The position numbers and the translations under genes are program-made. This document shows, piece by piece, positions 38,593 through 46,042 of a DNA stretch of 64,000 bases. The stretch is from contig JBDROJ010000019.1 in the NCBI GenBank assembly GCA_043810165.1, forward strand, positions 17,524 through 81,523, read 5' to 3'. This DNA comes from a bacterium. Its GTDB lineage: Bacteria; Patescibacteriota; Patescibacteriia; Magasanikbacterales; GWA2-37-8. Positions within the stretch are counted from its first letter, which is position 1; every line of letters starts with the position of its first letter. Under the pieces are notes generated by a model. It was not told the origin of the DNA. It worked only from the letters and a program-made list of their open reading frames with translations, and did not search any database.

Positions 38593-38597
38593 TATGA

Positions 38598-39860
38598 TTA
38601 ATTTTCAGATGATACCGTTTTCCAATCTATCAGGTATAACTTCGATTCATCAAACCTCGGTTCTCTGGGCTTATTAACTTTTGTATCCCAAGGTATAACG
38701 AAATTTCTTGATTCTTGATCATCATGAGTAATGCCCTTGGCTACACACAGATCCTTTATCCTCTGCATCTCTTCGGTAGGACTAAATCCAAAAAAATCTT
38801 CCTCAACTACGGACAACATTTTGCCACCTGTATTACGACTTTCTAGCCTGAAATCTTCACTAAAAGAATCAATCAATTTTTTATATTTATTCTTAAACGC
38901 TTCGCGCTTATCCTTGCCTATGACAGCTTGTATAAGTAAGTTATTGGTAAAATCTTGCCAATTATCAAATCCCAATGTTACAGAACATTGATTGGCCAAG
39001 TCCTCACCGTTTCCAACATGACTGATCACCTCATCAGTACTATCAATACGCTCCTTCATAATTTTTACTTGATTAATCCCAACAACCAAGCCCTTCATAT
39101 GACTAAACAACAAACTCTTTTTAACATTCACACTGTTATCAAGCCATAATTGGTACATATGATCTTTTACCTGTTCAGACAAACAAGTCAAATCATCAAT
39201 ATCAGCTTTAACAGTTTTTTCGCTATGCGATGAAGCAATAAAACTAATATCATCTAAACTAACAATGTTTAAAGATTTATACATCTCATCGTAAGCAGAT
39301 TGCAAATTTATACCTTCGACATGTTGAAAAAAAGCATAGTGATTACCCCAATGTTCAACTTCGCCTAAAACTTTTGGTGTAGGTATGCCGGCTTCATATG
39401 CTTGCCTAGAACGATTTACCTCTCCTTGGCCACGCTCTTCATCTAACCTCTTTACTAATACGAATTTCTTTTTTTCATCTTTATCTACTAATTCTACTTC
39501 TCTGACCTTTGAAGTATCATAATGAACAACGGTAACTAATTCTGACATTTTTCCTTTCTCGGGCAATTTACCTTTAGCGTCTTCACCGCGATAAATATAT
39601 GGTTGGTTTTCAATCCATTCAGTAGGATTATCAAAAAAACTCTGAGGCATTAAATCTGAAATTTCTTGATCTAATTCAATCCTGGTAGGAGCATCCTTTT
39701 CTGATTTATGAAAAACAAAATCTTCATCCAAAGCACAAAGCGAAAAATCTTCTCCTTCTGTCAAATCATCTTCGCCTCCACGAGAAGCCATAATATCTTT
39801 AAATATTTGGTACAAATGTTCTTTATCCATAAAAATACAATTATAATAATTTTTTAACAA
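38598..39860 (-). CDS. Protein-kinase-like (APH/choline-kinase-type) fold protein of unknown substrate
   Basis: N-lobe FVLVKRL (candidate Lys) ... EVNRSRQAYEAGIPTPKVLG. Catalytic-loop-like GITHDDQESRNFVIPWD (an HxDxxxxN pattern). Metal-binding-like LYLIDW (an IDW/DFG equivalent). Confidence 0.45.
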   Translation of the reverse strand: MLKNYYNCIFMDKEHLYQIFKDIMASRGGEDDLTEGEDFSLCALDEDFVFHKSEKDAPTRIELDQEISDLMPQSFFDNPTEWIENQPYIYRGEDAKGKLPEKGKMSELVTVVHYDTSKVREVELVDKDEKKKFVLVKRLDEERGQGEVNRSRQAYEAGIPTPKVLGEVEHWGNHYAFFQHVEGINLQSAYDEMYKSLNIVSLDDISFIASSHSEKTVKADIDDLTCLSEQVKDHMYQLWLDNSVNVKKSLLFSHMKGLVVGINQVKIMKERIDSTDEVISHVGNGEDLANQCSVTLGFDNWQDFTNNLLIQAVIGKDKREAFKNKYKKLIDSFSEDFRLESRNTGGKMLSVVEEDFFGFSPTEEMQRIKDLCVAKGITHDDQESRNFVIPWDTKVNKPREPRFDESKLYLIDWKTVSSEN

Positions 39861-40858
39861 TCGCCAAAAACACCCTCACAGCTACTTATACAAGATTCAT
39901 ACTTATTAGGACTACAAACCGTATTGTAATCTTGCCAACATGATTCATCGCAACCTGCCTCCATACCACAGCCATAAAATATATTATATTTATAACAACC
40001 ACCTCGACATTGTAATAATTGATACATTTTATTAGATGAATACCCATTGCATTTCTCTATAATATCTTTACCACAATTTATTTTACATATATATAATTTT
40101 GAACAAGAGTTACCACTGCCTCCTTGAGGGTTAGTCACTTGAGTTGAACCATCTTCACTCATACCTGGCTTACCTCCACCTTGTGTTGGTATATCTTTAA
40201 TCTGCAGTAAAGATTCTTCGTCTGAGAGAGGTGGCTTGTTCAAAAAATCTACTCTTTTATTTGATTCTGTGCTAGTCTGTAATTCTAATTTTTCTATCTT
40301 TTTGTCCAAGCTATCTTGCTCAGATTTTAATATATTCAATACGGCCTCTTGTTTTGAATCAGAAATTTGATCAACCAAGTCTAAATATTTCTTTTTTTCG
40401 TTGGTTAATTTTAGCTTGAGACGTTGTTTAGATGCCTGTGGAGCCTTATTAAATAATTCTACCAACATTTTCTGATGGTCCTGGTTCTTCTTGACTAATT
40501 TAATTAGTAATTCATCTGACTTGATATCCTTGTCAGGGAACTTTTTAATTTTTAATAAAACTCGATCTATTTCTTTGTCATAATCGCCAGTGACTTTCTC
40601 GGCTATTTCGGTTTTGCCTTTTTTATTCAATGAGTCAATCTCGGCCAATCGTTCTTCGGCTAATTCAATATGCCTTTCTGCCTTAGATTTACCAAAAGTA
40701 AAAAAAGTTCTAACACTCTCTCCAACTCGATCCAAAAAATACCATGGACTATCTGGTAGCATGCCCGGTTTTACTCTTGTATTTGTTTGCGCCAAGGCAG
40801 AAGTACAAAACAATAACAATGTTGCGAAAATTAGACCTAGTATTATCTTTTTAAACAT
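39854..40858 (-). CDS. Secreted coiled-coil protein with a C-terminal cysteine-rich domain
   Basis: Signal peptide MFKKIILGLIFATLLLFCTSALA. Long coiled-coil middle. C-terminal ~80 aa contain ~18 Cys (CSKLYICKINCGKD...CRGGCYKYNIFYGCGMEAGCDESCWQDYNTVCSPNKYESCISSCEGVFGDC). Confidence 0.5.
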   Translation of the reverse strand: MFKKIILGLIFATLLLFCTSALAQTNTRVKPGMLPDSPWYFLDRVGESVRTFFTFGKSKAERHIELAEERLAEIDSLNKKGKTEIAEKVTGDYDKEIDRVLLKIKKFPDKDIKSDELLIKLVKKNQDHQKMLVELFNKAPQASKQRLKLKLTNEKKKYLDLVDQISDSKQEAVLNILKSEQDSLDKKIEKLELQTSTESNKRVDFLNKPPLSDEESLLQIKDIPTQGGGKPGMSEDGSTQVTNPQGGSGNSCSKLYICKINCGKDIIEKCNGYSSNKMYQLLQCRGGCYKYNIFYGCGMEAGCDESCWQDYNTVCSPNKYESCISSCEGVFGDC

Positions 40859-40864
40859 AAAACT

Positions 40865-41494
40865 TTATTTAAATTCTAACATTTTTTGATAAAGACTATT
40901 AATTTTTTTGATCACTTCTTGGTCATTCATAATTTCTTCGCTTTTCTCTATAACCTTATCTACAACCTCTTTATTACCTGCTTCTAATTCAAACCACAGC
41001 TGTCTAATATCTTCTAATCCTATCTTTTTTTTACCGGCATACACTCCTTGGATGGTCTTGTTAAAACGTTTAATTGATTCAACCGACTCACCGCATGGGT
41101 TCTCCAAATAATTAAGCATGGGCAAATACGGCTGGATGTCAAAATGACCAAATAATTCTATATCCAATACACCCAGTATGGCTTGTCTAGTAAACCAATA
41201 TCCACTGCCAACTTTAGTTGAATTAGCATCAATAGACAACTCGTTCAAATTTTTTTTCATGATTCGATTGAAATTTCTATCACACAAAAAATGGACAGCC
41301 CAACCTTTTTTAAAATCAGTATCAGCAAACTCTGGTGACAGGGTGTTGTCATTGTGAGTTAAGTGTCTACCAACTCCAGTAAAACGCCGGCTATCTGGAT
41401 AAACTGCGCCAGAAATATACTTAGTTAGATCCTGAACTCGATACTGGTCTTTTTTGTCCAAAGCGAATTTTATATGAGTAGCTTGCAAAGGCAT
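40865..41494 (-). CDS. Hypothetical protein; weak resemblance to the Zn-dependent phospholipase C / S1-P1 nuclease fold
   Basis: QATHIKFALD ... GWAVHFLCDRNFNRI resemble the His/Asp metal-ligand spacing of PLC-like folds. Low confidence. Confidence 0.3.
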   Translation of the reverse strand: MPLQATHIKFALDKKDQYRVQDLTKYISGAVYPDSRRFTGVGRHLTHNDNTLSPEFADTDFKKGWAVHFLCDRNFNRIMKKNLNELSIDANSTKVGSGYWFTRQAILGVLDIELFGHFDIQPYLPMLNYLENPCGESVESIKRFNKTIQGVYAGKKKIGLEDIRQLWFELEAGNKEVVDKVIEKSEEIMNDQEVIKKINSLYQKMLEFK

Positions 41495-41616
41495 GACAGT
41501 AAATTATGTCTTCTACAATTCTAACATGTGATAGAAAAAAAATCCATCCGGCTAATCTTAAACAAGTAATTATTGACTTTTTCATCTTTATATGATAACT
41601 TTCTAATTAATCTGAT

Positions 41617-41688
41617 GCCCCTGTAGTGAAATGGATATCACAACGGTCTTCGGAACCGTTGTTGGGGGTTCGAATCCTCCCGGGGGCA
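41617..41688 (+). tRNA. tRNA-Arg, anticodon TCG
   Basis: GCCCCTG/CGGGGGC acceptor, D-arm GTGAAATGGATATCAC, anticodon loop CTTCGGA, T-arm GGGGGTTCGAATCCTCC. Confidence 0.6.
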
Positions 41689-41708
41689 CATTTTTTTAAA
41701 TTACCACT

Positions 41709-41963
41709 ATGATTTGGCAAGACATCGCAATTAGTATTGCTGGCGTTGTATTCGCTCTGGCTTTAATACCACAAGTATATTGTGGATTCAAAGAAAAAAG
41801 CGGGCCAATAAAATTACAGACTTCAATACCAACTTTTGTCGGAATATTTATTATAGTCATTGCCTACATTACTCTAACTTTATATCTCTCAGCTTTTATT
41901 TCTTTTCTTACTGGCATACTTTGGTTCTTATTATTCGTACAAAGAATAATTTACAAAAAATAA
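41709..41963 (+). CDS. Small hypothetical membrane protein (two TM)
   Basis: 84 aa, hydrophobic (IAISIAGVVFALALIP...IFIIVIAYITLTLYLSAFISFLTGILWFLLFV). Confidence 0.4.
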   Translation: MIWQDIAISIAGVVFALALIPQVYCGFKEKSGPIKLQTSIPTFVGIFIIVIAYITLTLYLSAFISFLTGILWFLLFVQRIIYKK

Positions 41964-42245
41964 AAAAGTAATTAATAAAACATCGTGGTATTTATCGCGA
42001 TGTTTTTGATTTTAAAAAAATATTTTTGTCACAACAAACTAAAACTGTGCATAACTTTGCTTGACGCTATTCTCTTTTTGTTAAAAAAGTTTTATAATAT
42101 AGGCAGGTCGAAAAGATTTTTTACATACATGCTTGTCATGTAAAAAGTTTACCAAACAAAAATTTTTCGCCGCGGCGGGAAAAAATTTTTTTATATTCTA
42201 ATAAGTCCTTCTTCTAAAAGGACAGATGGAAGGGAGGTGTATACT

Positions 42246-42392
42246 ATGCCAGCTAAAAAGAAAGTAGCTAAGAAAAAAGTTGCTAAAAAGAAAGTAGCTA
42301 AGAAAAAAGTTGCTAAAAAGAAAGTAGCTAAGAAAAAAGTTGCTAAAAAGAAAGTAGCTAAGAAAAAAGTTGCTAAAAAGAAGAAGAAATAA
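42246..42392 (+). CDS. 48-aa lysine-rich tandem-repeat peptide MPA(KKKVA)9KKKKK, histone-H1-tail-like / nucleoid-associated candidate
   Basis: ATG at 42246 is preceded by GGAAGGGAGG 7 nt upstream. Four copies of a 30-nt unit GCTAAAAAGAAAGTAGCTAAGAAAAAAGTT follow. The TAA stop is at 42390 and is followed by a strong terminator. Not in the ORF track because it is under 60 aa. Confidence 0.6.
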   Translation: MPAKKKVAKKKVAKKKVAKKKVAKKKVAKKKVAKKKVAKKKVAKKKKK

Positions 42393-42405
42393 GCTAATAT
42401 AAGCT

Positions 42406-42437
42406 AAAAAATCCCTCTGTTTAGAGGGATTTTTTTA
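42406..42437. terminator. Bidirectional rho-independent terminator (peptide gene / convergent PHP gene)
   Basis: aaaaatccctct-gttt-agagggattttttt. Confidence 0.6.
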
Positions 42438-42440
42438 TGG

Positions 42441-43706
42441 CTAAATCAATCTGTTTTGCTGTGGTTTGTTAGTGCCATCCGGCAAAACATCTACCTTACC
42501 AAACTCACCATCATAACCTGGACTGACTTTTACTGCACCAGAGCGCATATTTTTTATGGCTAACCAAATATTTTTGTCACTGACATATTTTTTGATTTCT
42601 TTTTCGGTTGCAGATATTAAGATATGGAATTCATTGCCTATATTTTCGATCATTTGCTGGTATTCTTTTTCTACTTTCTTACTCTTTGGGCCAACAGTAA
42701 AAACGCGACCAATCACTTCACGCAAAGGAACAATGTATCGGTGCGGTATAAACTTTTCTTTTTTTATTTGTTCTTCGTCTCTGTCAGCCAATTCATCAAT
42801 TCGGTGCAAAACTCCAACTGTTAATTTCTTTTTACACTTAGGACAAAGATATTTTTCTTTTTTAGTTTGTTTTGGTTTAAAACAAATTTTACAATCACGA
42901 TGACCATCGTGGTGATACTTTCCTTCTTCTGGATAAAATTCAATTGTATATAAAAATTTTTCTTTGTCACCAGTTTCAATAATTTTTTTAATTTCTTGAT
43001 AAGTAATTTCTTTTTCACTGGCAAAAGCAAAAACATTAGCTTCCCTACCTAGATTATACAAACTATGTGCATCTGAATTTGAAATCAAAGTTATGTTATC
43101 TAGAGAACTTAAACAGTGATTCATTGTTGGATCGCTGGATAAACCAGTCTCAATGGCTTTAATATGTGGGGTTAATTCTTCAAAACATTCTTCTAAACTA
43201 TCGTAGCCAGATTTAGAACCAAAAATAGCAAACCAAGGCGTCCAAGCATGGGCTGGAATCATCATCATATCCTTGTCTATTTCCAAAATAATTTCTAATA
43301 TCTGCTTACCACTCAAACCCATAATAGGACGGCCATCTGATCTGATATTCACTCCTCTATCTTCCAATTCTTTATTGAACTTCTCCACCGCCTTGATATT
43401 TGGAGCCAAAAGCATGAGATGTAAACGTCTGCAAGAATCTTTATGCTTGTAAATACAAGAAATTTCAGTCCCTAAAATAAACCTGGTCTCACTACTATCA
43501 TCTTTTAATTTAAAAATGCCTTGATTCTCTTCTACCAAACTATCTTTAATATGCTCAAACCAATCCGGATGAGTAAAATCAGATGTAGATACTATATCTA
43601 TACCTTTGACCTCACAGGCTTTAGCAATTTTAGGCAACTCCAAATCTTTGGAACAAGAACGGGAATATTTAGAATGTATGTGTAAGTCTACTATTTTTTG
43701 AATCAT
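42441..43706 (-). CDS. PHP-domain protein with a C-terminal zinc finger (TIGR00375 / endonuclease-Q-like)
   Basis: N-terminal VDLHIHSKYSRSCS PHP motif with further His/Asp metal ligands (HAWTPW, NSDAHS). CPKCKKKLTVGVLHRIDE with an upstream C..C forms a Cys4 ribbon. 421 aa. Confidence 0.5.
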   Translation of the reverse strand: MIQKIVDLHIHSKYSRSCSKDLELPKIAKACEVKGIDIVSTSDFTHPDWFEHIKDSLVEENQGIFKLKDDSSETRFILGTEISCIYKHKDSCRRLHLMLLAPNIKAVEKFNKELEDRGVNIRSDGRPIMGLSGKQILEIILEIDKDMMMIPAHAWTPWFAIFGSKSGYDSLEECFEELTPHIKAIETGLSSDPTMNHCLSSLDNITLISNSDAHSLYNLGREANVFAFASEKEITYQEIKKIIETGDKEKFLYTIEFYPEEGKYHHDGHRDCKICFKPKQTKKEKYLCPKCKKKLTVGVLHRIDELADRDEEQIKKEKFIPHRYIVPLREVIGRVFTVGPKSKKVEKEYQQMIENIGNEFHILISATEKEIKKYVSDKNIWLAIKNMRSGAVKVSPGYDGEFGKVDVLPDGTNKPQQNRLI

Positions 43707-43710
43707 AATA

Positions 43711-44451
43711 TTATATTTTCCTCTCCTCTGGCCCGGTATATTCAGCTTCTGCTGTACTTAAACGACGTAAACCGTCTTTACTGTTCATCTCTTCGTAGAT
43801 ATGAGCTACCAAACCGGGCACGCGACCAATAATGAAAAATCCTTTGGCCATACGCCAATCAAAACCCATATCAGACATGACTGCACCCATAGCACCATCG
43901 ATATTAAGAGGTAGTCTTTTGGACAAAACCTGATTTAATTCTTTGTGTACTTTTTCAGCTAATTGACAATGTTTGCTATAAATACCAGTTTCTTTGGCTA
44001 CTTCAAACAGAGCTTGGCTACGTGGATCATGTTCTAAAATTTTATGACCATAACCTGGAATACGAATTTTCTGTTGTTTTAATTGCTTGATCAAACCAGC
44101 CACATCCGATTTGGCAACATTTTCTTGAAAAAATTTGGCCGCACCTTCAATAGCACTACCATGTAGTTTACCCATAGACAAGATACCAGCAGCCAAAGCC
44201 GTATGCATGCTATTACCAGTAGAAACAACTGTACGTGCTGTCATGGCCGAAGAAACGCCAATACCATGATCAATAGCAGCTGTAAACAAAGCGTTCATCA
44301 TTCTAGTCTGGTTAGTATCAGGTAACTCACCTTTTAAAACCAAAAAAATAGTTTCTGCAAAACTTTTTTCATGGATCAGATCTTTGAGATCGTAACCACG
44401 AATGGTTTCTTTCCCATCACTTACATTACTAATCGATGTTTTCCATTGCAT
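43711..44451 (-). CDS. Short citrate-synthase-family protein (citryl-CoA lyase-like)
   Basis: 246 aa with the citrate synthase signature IPGYGHKIL and an Asp-containing C-terminal region. Directly downstream of the SCS-like alpha and beta genes. Confidence 0.55.
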   Translation of the reverse strand: MQWKTSISNVSDGKETIRGYDLKDLIHEKSFAETIFLVLKGELPDTNQTRMMNALFTAAIDHGIGVSSAMTARTVVSTGNSMHTALAAGILSMGKLHGSAIEGAAKFFQENVAKSDVAGLIKQLKQQKIRIPGYGHKILEHDPRSQALFEVAKETGIYSKHCQLAEKVHKELNQVLSKRLPLNIDGAMGAVMSDMGFDWRMAKGFFIIGRVPGLVAHIYEEMNSKDGLRRLSTAEAEYTGPEERKI

Positions 44452-44462
44452 ATGGTTTTAAA

Positions 44463-45395
44463 TTATGAATAAGGTTTAGCTAGTTCAACTAAATGTTCGT
44501 ATGTATCGGCTATCATTACTCCTACTTCTGATAAAGCCTTTTCCTTTTCAGCCGCACCTTTACCCCGTTCTACAATCGCACCAGCATGACCGACATTCAT
44601 TCCCTCGGGTAAAACACCCGCAAACTTACCACCTATATATATGGCCAAAGGCTTGGTAAATTCTTGTTTATTTATCAAATCAACAATTTCAAACTCATAA
44701 CTACCACCGTGCTCTCCAAAAATCACTACCACTTTAGTTTGTTCATCTTTTTCAAACATTTTTAACAAGTCAGCGTAAGTAGTACCCATTAATAGATCTC
44801 CACCCACATGAACCACTGTACTTTGGCCTAGACCTGCTTTGCGAATCTGCCAAGCCAATTCATTAGTCATACCGCCGGAACGAGAAATTGCACCCACACT
44901 GCCTGGTTGGAATATTTCTTCAACCAACGGGCCACCCACTACCCCAACTCTGGCTTTGCCCGCTGAAATATACCCTAATGAACTTGGCCCTATAATACGA
45001 ATATCCTTTTCTTTGGCAGCTGCCAGACAATAAGCTGTGTCTTGAATAGGCACTCTTTCCGTCATGATATTTATAACAGAAATGTCATTTTCAATTGCTT
45101 CCATAATTGCCTGCTTGGTGGCAAAAGGAGGCACATAAATGGCGCTGGTGATATTGTGACGAGATTGCTTCGCTTCGCCTGCCTGCCGGACAGGCAGGCT
45201 CGCAATGACAGATAATACTTCGGCCACGGTATCAAAAACCGGCACGCCAAAAACTTGTTCACCGGCTTTGCCAGGGCGCACGCCACCTACCAATTTGGTG
45301 CCATAGTCAAGCATGGCTTGAGTGGCTCGCTGGCCTTCTTTGCCTGTTATACCTTGGATCAAAACTTTTGTATCTTGATTTATCAAAATACTCAT
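44463..45395 (-). CDS. Succinyl-CoA synthetase alpha-like subunit (CoA-binding; citryl-CoA synthetase small-subunit candidate) carrying an in-frame repeat-derived insertion
   Basis: MSILINQDTKVLIQGITGKEG...phospho-His loop MNVGHAGAIV. It aligns with SucD, except for an extra ~17 aa (SLPVRQAGEAKQSRHNI) encoded by a copy of the TGTCATTGCGAGC...GAAGCAATCTCG repeat. Confidence 0.7.
   Translation of the reverse strand: MSILINQDTKVLIQGITGKEGQRATQAMLDYGTKLVGGVRPGKAGEQVFGVPVFDTVAEVLSVIASLPVRQAGEAKQSRHNITSAIYVPPFATKQAIMEAIENDISVINIMTERVPIQDTAYCLAAAKEKDIRIIGPSSLGYISAGKARVGVVGGPLVEEIFQPGSVGAISRSGGMTNELAWQIRKAGLGQSTVVHVGGDLLMGTTYADLLKMFEKDEQTKVVVIFGEHGGSYEFEIVDLINKQEFTKPLAIYIGGKFAGVLPEGMNVGHAGAIVERGKGAAEKEKALSEVGVMIADTYEHLVELAKPYS
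45160..45215. repeat. Repeat element copy D, inserted in-frame inside the SCS-alpha-like CDS
   Basis: Minus-strand sense reads tctgtcattgcgagc-cctgcctgtccggcaggcagg-cgaagcgaagcaatctcgtcac. The family flanks are present around a perfect 8-bp-stem GC hairpin. Local GC is much higher than the surrounding gene. Confidence 0.7.
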
Positions 45396-46033
45396 ACTTG
45401 TTTGGAAAATATTTGTTTATTTTTCTTAATTTTCTTCAAGTCCCAATTCCACCATTCTAATTTTACCAACTTGTTTTTAGTTTGTTCCGAAAAACGATCG
45501 CTGACTTTTTTGGCCGGCACACCAGCCCACACTTCATAAGGACCAATCTTGGTGTTTTGTTTCACTACTGAACCGGCTCCCACTACAGCGCCATTACTAA
45601 TCTCTGTTCCAGATAATATCACTGAATTAGCTCCAATCCAAACATCATTTCCTATTTTTACTTCAGTGCCTAGGTCTTTAAAATCCTTGTCCCCTATAAT
45701 ATGCCTAATCGGGTAAGTAGTAATTTTTTTAACATCATGATCGTTGGTAGAGACAATAAAAACACTCCTGGCTATTGAACAAAATTTACCGATACTAATG
45801 CCATGTTCAGATGAAGCAAATAGCTCGGTAGAATTATTGCAATATGAATAATCTCCGATACTTACCTTGCCAGTTATAGCGACATTTCTTAACAACTGCA
45901 CTCTCTTGCCAAATCTAACCAAGCCCTTTAAAAAATCTTTCTTACAAATATATACCGGCGGTTTTAACTTTATACTTGGATTTTTTATCCTAATATAATT
46001 GAGAATAAAAAACTGTTTGATTATTTCCCACAT
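45392..46033 (-). CDS. Left-handed beta-helix (hexapeptide-repeat) acetyltransferase, CatB/Vat/MAT-like
   Basis: Hexapeptide repeats IGDYSY..., IGKFCSIARSVFIV, IGNDVWIGANSVILSGTEISNGAVVGAGSVV. Confidence 0.65.
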   Translation of the reverse strand: MWEIIKQFFILNYIRIKNPSIKLKPPVYICKKDFLKGLVRFGKRVQLLRNVAITGKVSIGDYSYCNNSTELFASSEHGISIGKFCSIARSVFIVSTNDHDVKKITTYPIRHIIGDKDFKDLGTEVKIGNDVWIGANSVILSGTEISNGAVVGAGSVVKQNTKIGPYEVWAGVPAKKVSDRFSEQTKNKLVKLEWWNWDLKKIKKNKQIFSKQV

Positions 46034-46042
46034 ACTTTTTAT

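Noticed and set aside
42100-42200. Possible riboswitch in the leader of the polycationic peptide gene
   Set aside because: Only simple palindromes (CATG..CATG, CGCCGCGGCG) are visible. No recognisable riboswitch consensus. Kept as part of the peptide-gene finding instead.
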